Notes under the pieces: generated by a model
What the model was told of the DNA's origin: nothing
Seen by the model: only the letters and a program-made list of their open reading frames with translations
Databases searched by the model: none
Shown: piece by piece, positions 45,549-55,956 of the stretch
Layout of the letters: each line of letters starts with the position of its first letter
Position numbering within the stretch: the stretch's first letter is position 1
Program-made: the position numbers and the translations under genes
Source: a virus
Lineage: Duplodnaviria > Caudoviricetes
Reading direction: 5' to 3' (one strand)
IMG/VR virus record: IMGVR_UViG_3300001580_000006
Span: 159,465 to 223,464 of that record
DNA length: 64,000 nt

Positions 45549-48179
45549 CTACTCGGCGGCCTGTTGGGCATCGTCACTTTCCTCTGACTCTGCCTCGACT
45601 TGCGCCCATCTGCGTATCTGGCCCTCTACTGGGTCTAGCGGGCGACCACCGGGAGCGGAGTAAAGACGTTCGCCTATTGTCCCCTTGCCGGCCCACACGA
45701 TCATGTCCAGCGGAAGAGTTGACATTCTGGTGCGCTTCCAGTTGTCCCTGCCTGAGTTACGCAGCCGGCTCTCCATGGTCTCTGCGTCCTGCCAGGCTGC
45801 GACTATCTCTCTGCCTACCAGCACGATTGCCGCATCACGTTCGGTTGGATCCAGGACCTTGATCTGATCTGCCTTGCTATGGACTTCAGTCAGGTCTGGC
45901 TTGATCATTTCAGCATGCGGGTTGCTTGCTCGGCGCATCTTGGTCTCTTCGATGGCTGCTCTTACTACCGTACGGTAGGAGGTCAGGAATTCGGAGACCA
46001 ATAGGTCTGTGCTGAGCTCGTGCGGGAAGAGGTCTTCTTCCTTAATCGCAGCGATTATTTGGGCTCTGTTGACTTCCGGAAGCGCAGTCTCTGGGCACAG
46101 TCCGATATCTGCGAACTGCTTGCACACCCAGCCATGCAGACAGGGCTCCCAGCCTGAGTCTACCTGCTGGAAGAACTTGATTCTGTTGTTGAACCCTTCC
46201 GCGGTGCGATCCTTGGTCTGCCGGCCCTCGTTGAACGGTAGCTTGGCTTCCATGCCCACTGACCTGCCAAACTGTTCTGACGTAAGGTCTTGCGTGCGGA
46301 CCACCCTCTTATTGGCGTGCATGCCCACGAACGCCTCTGGGAAGTCTTTCTTGTCGATCCACCGTAGGTTGTCGGAGATATACTTGGCTGATTCCGCCAT
46401 AAACGGACGGTGATCGAAGTCATTGTTCTTCACTGCCTGGATTATCTTGTGGTATGCTTCGGCGCCCAGCTTCTCCAGTTCGATGGTATCCAACCGGAAG
46501 CATGCCCTGATTGCTCTCAAGACCAATAGGCGGTTGCACACGGCACCTACTGCGGCCGCGGACGTGAATGCCTTATAAGCCTCATCGAAGTGGGAACGTG
46601 ATGTCCTGGTTATGGTTCCCTTATCTTCGGTGGTGAGCTCCTGATGCTCTATTGCCTGGAACTGCATCGGTACTCCGAAGAAGAACCCGAGATCCTGGTC
46701 GAAATCGCCATTGGAGAACTTCCGCCAGTCCTCTGCATTGACATAGACTGCGCGTCCGAAGGCCTTGGATTTGCGCCAGTTATATCTCACACGCACATGC
46801 TGGACTTCTCCTGGCTGGTTGAACGGATACCGGCCGAACGATCCGTAGGGCTTATCGGTCTCCATCTTGGCACACAGCCACTTATATAGCGACTTGGGCA
46901 CGATTACCTCGCCCTTTCTGCACGCCTCGGACGGAAGTGCGCATGCCATGAACCCTGAGTCAATGTGAATGCCAGACTGGAGGTCCTCACGCATCCAGTG
47001 CATCGCGATTTCGGCCGCCTTCTTGACGAACGGATGGGACTTTGGGGTGGCGCCTGAAGCGAGCAAGGGTTCGGCTGTCTGGAACCACTTCCTGCGAGCG
47101 CCGTCTTCCGTCATCATGAGCCCGGGCCCGGGGACGAAGATATCGCTCAGGCTCATGGCATCTTGCAGTGCGCCGGCTTCCAACTGGGCTACTCCGCGCA
47201 GTAACTCGAATTGTGGCTTGACATACTCCTCTGCCACCTCTCTCCAGTTTTCTGCCATGGACAACACCTGCCAGCTCAATGTGACCCCCTTCTTATAATA
47301 GGAACGGGAATCGCTGACGATGCGGAAGTCCTTCATGCTCAGTATGCCTTCATCGGTCAGTTCACGGTGGGTGCCCTTGTCATTGCCCACTGCGTAGACA
47401 TATTCATCCGGCTCGGGCATGTTGGGGTCCACATAGATGACCAGCTTGCTTGAGTGAGGCCAGCAGCCTGACAGTTTGATCCAGGTCAGACCTTCCGGCC
47501 GGCCGAACGCCATGGCGATCAGATCCAGCGTGTCCTGCGTAACTCTCATGCAGCCATCGTATTGTGGCTCCTTGTTGTCGACTACCTTGACCTCTACATC
47601 AATGTCTTCGATGCAGGGATCACCTGGTTGATTGGACACGCCGCCGGCCTTCATGGTCTCCCAGGGCCAGTTGGCTACTGTGCTCTCCGGAGCGAAGATC
47701 AGCCACCAATCTTGGGCCAGCTGTTTGACCTGCGGTGTGAGCTGCATGTCTCTGCGGCCGCAGTGGTCATATACGGCTTCCCATATCATGTCGGGCAGGT
47801 TGCCGCTGTCATCTGGCTCTGGGGTTATGTAGCGGGGATCCCTGATTGCCTCACCTGTCTCATCGGGCACCACCAGCCCATTGACTTTCCTGGTTACCCA
47901 TATCTTTACGTAGATGCTGAGCGCCACGATTTCGTCATGGGCAAGCATGAACTCGCGAACGAACGAGCTTCTTTCGGTCCCGCGCTTCTCGCCAGCGATA
48001 AACTTGGGATCATTCAGAATCTCACTCTTGTTCTGCGTGATTATGGCTATTTCCGGAGAGTCCGCGAAGCATTCTGGAGGTCTTTTCATGATCGGCCCCC
48101 TTCCTATTTGATTTGTGTGTTGATTTAGTTGATTGCGCAGCATAAGGTTCCAGTCAGTACTCCTCTGGTACTCCGTCAA
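45549..48179 (-). CDS. Single-subunit two-barrel (DPBB) RNA polymerase, YonO / cellular-RdRP-like
   Basis: GRYP.NQPGE (R-x-P), AVYVN...NGDFDQD metal-binding motif, upstream P..SK..IYVD and LSWQ motifs in the expected order. Confidence 0.75.
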   Translation of the reverse strand: MTEYQRSTDWNLMLRNQLNQHTNQIGRGPIMKRPPECFADSPEIAIITQNKSEILNDPKFIAGEKRGTERSSFVREFMLAHDEIVALSIYVKIWVTRKVNGLVVPDETGEAIRDPRYITPEPDDSGNLPDMIWEAVYDHCGRRDMQLTPQVKQLAQDWWLIFAPESTVANWPWETMKAGGVSNQPGDPCIEDIDVEVKVVDNKEPQYDGCMRVTQDTLDLIAMAFGRPEGLTWIKLSGCWPHSSKLVIYVDPNMPEPDEYVYAVGNDKGTHRELTDEGILSMKDFRIVSDSRSYYKKGVTLSWQVLSMAENWREVAEEYVKPQFELLRGVAQLEAGALQDAMSLSDIFVPGPGLMMTEDGARRKWFQTAEPLLASGATPKSHPFVKKAAEIAMHWMREDLQSGIHIDSGFMACALPSEACRKGEVIVPKSLYKWLCAKMETDKPYGSFGRYPFNQPGEVQHVRVRYNWRKSKAFGRAVYVNAEDWRKFSNGDFDQDLGFFFGVPMQFQAIEHQELTTEDKGTITRTSRSHFDEAYKAFTSAAAVGAVCNRLLVLRAIRACFRLDTIELEKLGAEAYHKIIQAVKNNDFDHRPFMAESAKYISDNLRWIDKKDFPEAFVGMHANKRVVRTQDLTSEQFGRSVGMEAKLPFNEGRQTKDRTAEGFNNRIKFFQQVDSGWEPCLHGWVCKQFADIGLCPETALPEVNRAQIIAAIKEEDLFPHELSTDLLVSEFLTSYRTVVRAAIEETKMRRASNPHAEMIKPDLTEVHSKADQIKVLDPTERDAAIVLVGREIVAAWQDAETMESRLRNSGRDNWKRTRMSTLPLDMIVWAGKGTIGERLYSAPGGRPLDPVEGQIRRWAQVEAESEESDDAQQAAE

Positions 48180-48429
48180 CGATCATACCGACATATCGGC
48201 CGGCAGTCTCGTCTTTGACTTGGAATACCTCGTGCCCTGCTCGCGCTAGCCTGGCACCCTCGCTTACCTTGGAGGGGAGGGGATTTTGCTCTATTAGAGC
48301 GATAGTGTGCCCATCATGTTGTTCTGTGCGAGTACGCAGGGAGAGGCCCTGTCGCTGACCGACTGTGGTGAAGTGCCCCTCTTGTATGCTTTTGTACGCC
48401 TGCGCCGCTGCCTGCATGATTGGAAGCAT
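48154..48429 (-). CDS. Hypothetical protein (EQNP motif)
   Basis: IEQNP..S..GARLARAGH.VFQ. Confidence 0.6.
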   Translation of the reverse strand: MLPIMQAAAQAYKSIQEGHFTTVGQRQGLSLRTRTEQHDGHTIALIEQNPLPSKVSEGARLARAGHEVFQVKDETAGRYVGMIVDGVPEEY

Positions 48430-48460
48430 AACGCTCCTTTCTTGTTGAAAACCAGGAGAT

Positions 48461-48991
48461 TTAGAAAGAATCTCCGGACAGAGGGGCTACCCAAGACTGG
48501 CTTTCCTGGGTTTTTCCTTCCACTGCCAGAGCGTCTACGCGGACCTGATATTCGATATGCTTACGCATTACCGGATCCACGATGTCTTGTGGTCTCTGGT
48601 GCCCGTCGATGTGTGTGATCTTGAAGTTGAGCTTGTCCACTGTGTTGCGCAGCTTCGCCACCATCTCGACGTTGGCATTGGTCTTGAACCGGTTCTCCCT
48701 GCGGACTTGCCCGACTACATAGTTTGAGTCCGTGTAGATGTCCAGTTCGTGGTCACCCGGGATGTTCTTCGCGATGTAGTTCAGCGCGAACCCCAGGGCG
48801 CACAGTTCAGCGGTGCTGTTGGTCACTTCGTAGCCGAGCTGCTTACACTTCTCCTCTATCTGAGCATGGGAGACACGTAAGCTATGGATGTCAGTATCGG
48901 TGAGGATGACTGCTCCTACTCCGCCGCGGCGTGTTTCTACCGGGGCACCGTTGTTCGAGCACGCTCCATCGGCATAGATCGTGAGTCTCAC
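48461..48991 (-). CDS. rnhA: Ribonuclease HI
   Basis: YADGACSNNG, TNSTAEL, YTDSNYV, HIDGH, VDALA. Confidence 0.92.
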   Translation of the reverse strand: MRLTIYADGACSNNGAPVETRRGGVGAVILTDTDIHSLRVSHAQIEEKCKQLGYEVTNSTAELCALGFALNYIAKNIPGDHELDIYTDSNYVVGQVRRENRFKTNANVEMVAKLRNTVDKLNFKITHIDGHQRPQDIVDPVMRKHIEYQVRVDALAVEGKTQESQSWVAPLSGDSF

Positions 48992-49433
48992 GGTTAACTC
49001 CTTTCGTTAATTGCGTTTAGGTGGATTGAACAATCCAACCTTGATAGACCAGCTTCCAGAACCCCTGCTTCGAAGCTAGTCAGTCCATCTCCTGCGAGTG
49101 GGCAGTGGTTCACGTCTTTGCAGGAGGCGCAGTCGTTAGGATCTTGACACATCTTGCCTCTCCTTATACTGCTTCTTGGCGTCGGCACACGCTTCGATGC
49201 TGTTATTGATCCGACGCAGGCCCTTGGCTACCCCGACTTCCATCTTCTGGAGCAGTGCGAGACCTTCCACTTTTATGGAGGTGGGAGGATCCTGGTGCTT
49301 CTGTTCGACGTCAATCAGCGCCTTGGTGCCGATCTCCAGGCCGAGCGCGAATTCCTTCTGTGCTTGGCCTATTGCTTTTCCGAGTTCTTTGAGTAATGAC
49401 ATGGTTCTTTCTCCTATGGTTAATGATTGTTGA

Positions 49434-49742
49434 TTACCGTCCATCAGGCCTAGGCTGATAGTACGGGTTGATCTTGTAGGGTTCGCCGAGCTTCTTGTAG
49501 ACTCCAGTCTCACTGTTATAGATGAAGTCTATGCCTCTGCCATCCTTCAGTTTGAAGTGCTTGAAGGAAGTCCTTGGCGTGTGCTCGGTTAAGGTACCAT
49601 ACCTGTGCTCCCAGACCTCGATGGGCTGTGGACTGTTGTAGTGGACCAGCATGGTGACCACTGTGGTGATGCCGGTCAACAATGCCACGGCAACGAGGAT
49701 GGTTGCTACGGTGAGCAGGATGTCCTTGATCTTGGCTTTCAT
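49434..49742 (-). CDS. Membrane-anchored hypothetical protein
   Basis: N-terminal TM helix. Confidence 0.55.
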   Translation of the reverse strand: MKAKIKDILLTVATILVAVALLTGITTVVTMLVHYNSPQPIEVWEHRYGTLTEHTPRTSFKHFKLKDGRGIDFIYNSETGVYKKLGEPYKINPYYQPRPDGR

Positions 49743-50083
49743 AAGCCTCTCCTTGTTAAGTTGTTAAACGGTAAGGATATATAAATTTTATATATCCCAA
49801 AGTAAAGTTCAAGAAAGGTAACTTACTCTGGTAGAGCAGCTTATAGTGGCACACAGTAAGCTATTGGGAATGAGTAAGATAGCACTTAATATAGCATCGA
49901 CAAATAAAACCTACCAGTGCCATAACAAAAGTCGTGAGAGTAAGTAAGTGAAGGGAGATATATAGAATGACTTTAGTAGAACTAGGAGACCCACGCGTAC
50001 ATTCCCCCTACACCACAACTCCTTCCATTCGGTTGGAGCTGCCGATCCGAGGGCAGTTTAACGTCTTGCCCAGGACGAATCCA

Positions 50084-50401
50084 TTATTTTTTCGGCAGGC
50101 CTGTCAGATCATTTTCATCAGCAAGTTTCTTGCTCAGTCTACGGCCCCGTTTTGTGCGCAAGAATTTCTTCCAGTCTGCACGCTCCCTGTCGCCAAAACC
50201 AGCGGTGCTAAAGTAAATTACTGCTCTTTTTGTTAACACATAGTGCACCACCTTACCTCTGTAAAAACCAAACCACGCTATGCGAATAGCCTCGCCAGTC
50301 TGAACTGTTGCTACTGCGCAATTAAACTCCTCTGCCGTTATCTCCATGCGGTGGCTGAAGTTCGAATTTTTATCATTGATTACGTGTATGAAGTATCTCA
50401 T
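50084..50401 (-). CDS. Hypothetical protein
   Basis: ORF in the gene string. Confidence 0.55.
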   Translation of the reverse strand: MRYFIHVINDKNSNFSHRMEITAEEFNCAVATVQTGEAIRIAWFGFYRGKVVHYVLTKRAVIYFSTAGFGDRERADWKKFLRTKRGRRLSKKLADENDLTGLPKK

Positions 50402-50446
50402 GGCATTATTCTTTCTCCCCGTATAGCCGATAGGACAGCTGCTTGT

Positions 50447-50722
50447 TTAGTTGTAAAGGAATATTTGTGTTCCGTATTGATTGGCTACGGCTATCTTGCT
50501 ATCAGTAAGAACACCGTAACACGCCTTCTCTACTGGTTTAGGAGGATAATAGTCAGGGTCAGGACCCGGGTTGTCCTGCATATCTTCCCACACCTGCTCT
50601 ACCATAGAGAACGGAGCTCCTGTTTCCTGCGCCACATTGCTGATGATTGTCCTAGCATCCAATTTGTGCCCGACATACTCAGCCAGGCGCTTGATTACTT
50701 CTTCTCTCCAATCTAGTATCAT
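50447..50722 (-). CDS. Hypothetical protein
   Basis: ORF in the gene string. Confidence 0.55.
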   Translation of the reverse strand: MILDWREEVIKRLAEYVGHKLDARTIISNVAQETGAPFSMVEQVWEDMQDNPGPDPDYYPPKPVEKACYGVLTDSKIAVANQYGTQIFLYN

Positions 50723-51072
50723 GATATCTTCCTTCCGTTTTTGCAGTTAATTGTTGTAGTGAATTCGCTGGGGAATTTGGTTACCAGCCATTCGATTAGG
50801 ATATAGGTGTGGCAGAACCACTCGTCTCGGCAGTAGCACAAGAATGTCCAATGCTTGGTGTCCATCTCACGCAGATACCGCAGTATTCTGGTCTCATAGA
50901 AGTCTAAACTGTTCTTATAATCTTCTATGTATTCAGCCTCTGTAATGGTTTTATTCTTGACACCCATTACCATCTCCCAGGTAGGGGCTAGTATTTGCAG
51001 ACCTGACTTTACGGAGGTGTCTAGGCCAGCTGCATATCCTATTTGCCCTCTTGATAGTGTAATCATGATCAT
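50719..51072 (-). CDS. DUF488-like protein
   Basis: LAPTWEMV...EY...Y, LCYC....CH..IL. Confidence 0.7.
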   Translation of the reverse strand: MIMITLSRGQIGYAAGLDTSVKSGLQILAPTWEMVMGVKNKTITEAEYIEDYKNSLDFYETRILRYLREMDTKHWTFLCYCRDEWFCHTYILIEWLVTKFPSEFTTTINCKNGRKIS

Positions 51073-51193
51073 TTCCCTTCTATTATGTTACGGAGCAGCT
51101 TCCCGTGACGCAGTATTAGCGCCATAAGGTGCTCCTTAGTGAGTCTGTGCAGCTTGAACAACAGGAGTTCTCTCTGCACCACCTCTGTGTTGG

Positions 51194-51520
51194 TCATAAT
51201 GGCATCTCCAGTTGTTTAGGTTCACGCACCTTGCGTTCTATTTTAGTTACTGGTTGTTCTTTCTTTGCCTTACGCACTGCTGCAGAAATATGTCCACCAA
51301 GTTTGCCGTTGAAGTGATTGGCCAATGACCTAGCTGCTTTCCTTAGCTCATCAGGAGCAGCGCGACCCACTGCTTCATTGGCGAAGTACGCAGCCCTGTC
51401 TGCCCACGGACAGTCATGTTGTGTAGCTAATTTCTTAGCATATGTTTCTGCCCATGGTTTGGCACCAAATGTAAGGCGCCAATTGTTGATCTTATCTAAG
51501 ATCTCTTTTGTGTTAACCAT
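51194..51520 (-). CDS. Hypothetical protein
   Basis: ORF with a GAGGA RBS. Confidence 0.6.
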   Translation of the reverse strand: MVNTKEILDKINNWRLTFGAKPWAETYAKKLATQHDCPWADRAAYFANEAVGRAAPDELRKAARSLANHFNGKLGGHISAAVRKAKKEQPVTKIERKVREPKQLEMPL

Positions 51521-51731
51521 TGTTTTCGTCCTCCTCTCCGACTAGCCTGATGTCGTGAGCCACTGGGAACTCACAGATAGGAATGAAGATGCCGAACTTT
51601 ACTGTTGTTGCATCACTATAGTCCAAAGCCTGCTCTCCGCTCACATCGTAGAACTTCTGTGCCAGACGGCCAAGTATTGCGAACTTGATGCTATCGATGG
51701 CATTGTTGATTGCATTTTTGATCTTCTTCAT
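51513..51731 (-). CDS. Hypothetical protein
   Basis: ORF with an AAGGA RBS. Confidence 0.55.
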   Translation of the reverse strand: MKKIKNAINNAIDSIKFAILGRLAQKFYDVSGEQALDYSDATTVKFGIFIPICEFPVAHDIRLVGEEDENNG

Positions 51732-51804
51732 GATGGTATTCCTTTATTAGTTGATTTATGTTTAAGTTGAGGCAGTTTATGCGCACTCTGCCAAACGCTT
51801 GTGA

Positions 51805-52527
51805 CTATGCAAGCCAAGTCTTGAAAGCGTCACCCTTCCAGTAGGACAGGATGATACCTTTGGCCTCCAGGGCGTTTCCGAACCTCTTCGTAAAGAACGC
51901 CATGTGGTCAGAGATCTTAGCTGCAACGATTATGGCACCACAGTCCAGCTTGACCGAGAAGGTGTCGATGTCGCCATCTTTCAGTACCTTGTATTTGCCA
52001 GACAGCTTTGTTCCCTTCTTAAGCGTTACTGTGTGCTTGTTGGGTGTTTGCTCAGCTACTTCCAGACCACGGACCAGTCTGAATATCTGAGCTGGTGTTA
52101 AGTCGTAGAAGCGGCGCATTATGCGACCTTCTTCTGCTGCCCTCGCCATGGTGTCTTCTCCGTGGTCTTGCTGCTCATACTCAGCTGTTGGCTCAGAGTA
52201 GTAGAACTTTGGTCCGCCAGACTTTATCTCTACCAGAGCCTTAAGCCAATCAGGAGCTTCAGTACCACGTTTGCCATGCCTACGTATCTCTTTCCATGCG
52301 AGCTTCCGGCGAACCATCCACTCATTATGGAAGTTATACGTTTTCATGATGTCTGCTACGAGACCACGGTTTGCCCGACTGACCAGCCAGCGAACAAGCC
52401 GATCATAGACTGCTAGAAAGTGCTCATCAAAGACAAGCGATCCTTCAGCGTCCATGCTCACGTCGTCACTGCGATCAATGGTCTCAAGCAGATACAGCCC
52501 TAAAGCTGTGAAGCTGTTAAACTTCAT
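51805..52527 (-). CDS. Hypothetical protein
   Basis: 240-aa ORF with an AAGGAGG RBS. Confidence 0.7.
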   Translation of the reverse strand: MKFNSFTALGLYLLETIDRSDDVSMDAEGSLVFDEHFLAVYDRLVRWLVSRANRGLVADIMKTYNFHNEWMVRRKLAWKEIRRHGKRGTEAPDWLKALVEIKSGGPKFYYSEPTAEYEQQDHGEDTMARAAEEGRIMRRFYDLTPAQIFRLVRGLEVAEQTPNKHTVTLKKGTKLSGKYKVLKDGDIDTFSVKLDCGAIIVAAKISDHMAFFTKRFGNALEAKGIILSYWKGDAFKTWLA

Positions 52528-52547
52528 GTCTGCCTCCTTGTTAGTGG

Positions 52548-52814
52548 TTAATTGTTGAATGTTCCATCTGCTTCCATGATCTTGAATACCTTCTCATGCA
52601 CCTTGGCGAATAGACAGAACTCTGGGTTGCACTTGTTCTGATGATAGCATGTGCCGCACACTCTACCATCAGCATGCTTCCAGGCCTCCCTCTTCCAACC
52701 TAGTTCTAGCATGTGGTTAACTATGTTAGTCTGTTTCTTTAGCCACACGACACGCCTTACCATGTCAGCTGTGACCTGTCTGCCCTGCCAGTCAGAGATC
52801 TTTACCTTGCTCAT
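52548..52814 (-). CDS. Hypothetical protein
   Basis: GGAGG RBS; Cys cluster. Confidence 0.6.
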   Translation of the reverse strand: MSKVKISDWQGRQVTADMVRRVVWLKKQTNIVNHMLELGWKREAWKHADGRVCGTCYHQNKCNPEFCLFAKVHEKVFKIMEADGTFNN

Positions 52815-53015
52815 GATCTACCTCCGTTTGATTGTTAAGATTAATGTTAAGAATAACCCCATTAATAAGCACGCAACACTGATGTCATATGCCGCATCAG
52901 AGCCATATACACTGAATTCGGCGTTTAACCGGAAGATTCCAGCAGCTATATAAGCCGCTATTGCTAGGTACTTGGCTAGTTTCATGGGTAGTTCTCCTTT
53001 GTTAATGGTTGTTGT

Positions 53016-53204
53016 TTAGTCTGTCCAGTATCCAAGTTTTACTGCCAGCTCGATGTAGCTCTCCTGATCGTGTTCCAAGGCACCACTTATGCTCTCCATT
53101 CGTGCATAGTCAGCCTTCTTGGTAGCCTCTTTTAAGGCTATGGATTTGGCTAGTATACTCTCAGAGAGTATGACCAGCAGCCTGGGTTTGGTTGTGTTTG
53201 CCAT
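53016..53204 (-). CDS. Hypothetical protein (first gene of the leftward arm)
   Basis: AAGGAG RBS. Confidence 0.6.
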   Translation of the reverse strand: MANTTKPRLLVILSESILAKSIALKEATKKADYARMESISGALEHDQESYIELAVKLGYWTD

Positions 53205-53509
53205 GGTAGACTCCTTTGTTTAAGTTGGTTTGTTGTTTGATAAGTATTTAGGCAACCCGGGGGCTCGGAATGATTGCCGTTTATACTTATTATATTACTA
53301 TGGTCATAGAGTTGAAACCCAAATTCTGGAAAATCCCATATAGAAATTTCGAAATTCCCCCAGAAAAATCCCAGGATTTCTGAATTCCGCATTGGAAATT
53401 GAGTATAACCTAGAGACGTAAGTCGTGTCCAGCAAGCTATCCAGGTTAAGTCATCTGGCCGCATCACCTTAACTCTATCAGTTATTTTATGTTGCCATTC
53501 ATTTTGTCC

Positions 53510-53538
53510 TTGACTTTTGAGACGTTCTATGATATAAT
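53510..53538 (+). promoter_or_regulatory. Sigma70-type promoter of the rightward arm
   Basis: TTGACT-N17-TATAAT with extended TG. Confidence 0.8.
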
Positions 53539-53596
53539 ACTGACAATTGATAAAGGAGACGTATGGATGTCCTAAGCTTCTTCCTGGATAAGATAG

Positions 53597-53836
53597 ATGA
53601 ATGAGATAAGTGTAAGTGTAGTAGGTAAGGATGGCTATCTATCAAAAGAGCAATATATGCAAGATATTATGCGCTCCAAAGAGATCGCTAGGACTGTCTA
53701 CTCTATGCGAGATGTAGAGAAACGTGATTGGCCCTGGATAAAGCGCTACTTGGACTTGCTTGTAGAGTTCTCTTATATAAATGGATATGAGAAGTTCATA
53801 CTATTTATGAATAACGGATTGGACATACAAATATAA
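53597..53836 (+). CDS. Hypothetical protein
   Basis: ORF after the promoter. Confidence 0.5.
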   Translation: MNEISVSVVGKDGYLSKEQYMQDIMRSKEIARTVYSMRDVEKRDWPWIKRYLDLLVEFSYINGYEKFILFMNNGLDIQI

Positions 53837-53991
53837 GTGAGAGATTAAATGGAAAAGATGATTAAAGAACTATGTCGCAAAGCATTTGTTGACTGCGCTA
53901 CAATCATATTTGATACCGAAGACGTCAAAGACGAGGACTTCGAAGCGTGGTGGGAGAAAAACAAACCAACAGATAGGCAAATGGAGAACTA

Positions 53992-54405
53992 TTGATGAAA
54001 AAGTTTATTTACTGGCTGGCCGAAGTTTCAGGCGTAGCAGATGACATCAAGAGAGAGCACAATCATTACATAGGCAGTCTAATGTGTCGCTATCACTTAT
54101 GGTGGTGGGCGGGAACCCCAAAGCTTAAACACAAGATGCCTGTATTGAATGCGTTCTATCTTTATGGTATGGCGCTTAAATCTGGCTGGTACACTCCAAA
54201 CATTGGTGACATTAGAGATAAAGTCTATAAACTTGGTAACCATATGCATCCAGATATAACGAAAGATCAAGAAGTTGAATTTATGAGCGGTACTGCTACT
54301 ATTACTCTTGATGAAAAATACCAAAAGCTGCTGCTTGATAGTCTTGCTCATCCACCAAAGCCAAATGACAAGTTAGTTAAATTAATGAAAGATTATAGAG
54401 GTTAA
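53992..54405 (+). CDS. Hypothetical protein
   Basis: C-terminal TITLDE....L.DSL.HPPKPNDKL resembles a DUF1778-like tail. Confidence 0.55.
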   Translation: MMKKFIYWLAEVSGVADDIKREHNHYIGSLMCRYHLWWWAGTPKLKHKMPVLNAFYLYGMALKSGWYTPNIGDIRDKVYKLGNHMHPDITKDQEVEFMSGTATITLDEKYQKLLLDSLAHPPKPNDKLVKLMKDYRG

Positions 54406-54412
54406 AGTCGTT

Positions 54413-54697
54413 ATGGGAAAGTGTCGTTTACCACCTTGGCACTGGTATTGTAAGGGGCTAGAGTGTAGTAATTTTAAAGAACACAACCCATGGATAGAAT
54501 CACAGTCTAGCAAAGGATTACCACGCCTTAGCAAAGAAATAAGACTTGTGGACCCAACAGCCCACCCAGATTACAAAGACTTATCAATGACAGCACTTGT
54601 TGGATTAGTCTCACAAGAAAAATGCCAAGTATGCGGAAAATGGTTCTTTGAAAGAGATCAAAAAACTGAATGCTGTAAGGGAGAAAGCGATGAGTAA
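54413..54697 (+). CDS. Cys-rich hypothetical protein
   Basis: CQVCGKWF. Confidence 0.55.
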   Translation: MGKCRLPPWHWYCKGLECSNFKEHNPWIESQSSKGLPRLSKEIRLVDPTAHPDYKDLSMTALVGLVSQEKCQVCGKWFFERDQKTECCKGESDE

Positions 54698-54990
54698 GCT
54701 AGTTAAAATACTTATTGGAGGAATTTGGATTATCACCATCGTAGTGATGATTGCCGTTGCCGTCTTTATATTCAAAGGCGGGAAATACATAAAACAACAT
54801 GGGCTAAAGTATGCTGTGGAGCGGATATGGCAAGGCCAGCAATAGTCCTTGGTTTAGGCTTACTACTAGCTCTGGCTATTAAGAAGTTAATGGAGGACCC
54901 AGAGACTCAAACTGACGAAGATATAAATAACAACCGCAAACAAGCAACCGTACTAAACATGAACCCCGAAGAATTTAAAGGAGTTAGGTA

Positions 54991-55452
54991 ATGAAATTCG
55001 ATCCAATATCACTCAACAATTCTATTATCTACGACGCAATGGCATTGTGTTTGAACTTGCAAGACACAGAGCGAGTAAAACGCATAAGGGGCATAACTCC
55101 GTGGAAAGCGTTCTTAAGGGAATACTGTACAGTAGAGATTAGTCTGCCTAGGCAGACCGGTCACACAACCAATGGTATAGATAATATGATTACGTGGTGC
55201 GAACACCCTGTTGTTATTGTACCAAATACTAAACTGCTAAAACATGTCAAAGACATACACCGTAAGTTGACTAATAACACAAAAGGGTCCCCAAAGTTTG
55301 TGTTTGGCTTGGCTGGATCGGTACCAATAGGCCCAAATACAGATGGAATAATGATAGACCTATCCAGCTTCGTATCAAAACCTAAGTTGGATAAAATATA
55401 TGATTCTATACCTACTACTAATAAGACGTTTATAATACTAAAACTACAGTAA
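54991..55452 (+). CDS. Small degenerate P-loop-like protein
   Basis: LPRQTGHTT resembles Walker A PRQxGKT/S with K replaced by H. Confidence 0.55.
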   Translation: MKFDPISLNNSIIYDAMALCLNLQDTERVKRIRGITPWKAFLREYCTVEISLPRQTGHTTNGIDNMITWCEHPVVIVPNTKLLKHVKDIHRKLTNNTKGSPKFVFGLAGSVPIGPNTDGIMIDLSSFVSKPKLDKIYDSIPTTNKTFIILKLQ

Positions 55453-55458
55453 AACAAT

Positions 55459-55487
55459 TTGGTTTATAGCACAAAGTGTGTTATAAT
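55459..55487 (+). promoter_or_regulatory. Promoter TTGGTT-N17-TATAAT with extended TG
   Basis: ttggtttatagcacaaagtgTGtTATAAT. Confidence 0.65.
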
Positions 55488-55512
55488 AAGTATAACCTAA
55501 AGAGGAAAGAAA

Positions 55513-55956
55513 ATGTTACGAAGAATTAAGATCTTTAACCCGTCCAATGTTGGGCTAAAAGAAGGCGAGCTTATAAATGGGGCACCTTCTGCCCAAGACA
55601 TTCATGTAATCGACATGGATACCAACGAAGAGCTCTACAACATTACCTGCGTTGAATTTAAGGCAGATGTAGATGACATCTGTGTTCCAGTAAAGCTAAC
55701 CATACTGGTAGATGAGATTGTTGTAGAAAACATGATCGCTGAGGAAATCAAGGCCGAACTTCCTCGTATTGACAGACCCACAGTTTGCGATAGGGTGGTG
55801 AAGGCTCCGGTATATACTGTCGGTAATATGGATCCAGTAGCTATTTACAGTTTCAAGAAAAAGCCAACACTCAAAGAGTGGGTTGATGAGCTTCCTGCCA
55901 AAGACTACGATCAGGTTATCGAAGCTTTACAAGAAAAGAAAAAGGAAATGAAGTAA
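55513..55956 (+). CDS. Hypothetical protein
   Basis: GAGGA RBS. Confidence 0.65.
   Translation: MLRRIKIFNPSNVGLKEGELINGAPSAQDIHVIDMDTNEELYNITCVEFKADVDDICVPVKLTILVDEIVVENMIAEEIKAELPRIDRPTVCDRVVKAPVYTVGNMDPVAIYSFKKKPTLKEWVDELPAKDYDQVIEALQEKKKEMK

Noticed and set aside
1-53200. Numerous plus-strand ORFs opposite minus-strand genes
   Set aside because: Shadow frames of well-supported genes. Only the HNH at 36925..37368 has its own promoter, RBS and motifs.
54991-55452. Terminase large subunit
   Set aside because: Only 153 aa, the Walker A Lys is replaced by His, and there is no nuclease domain.
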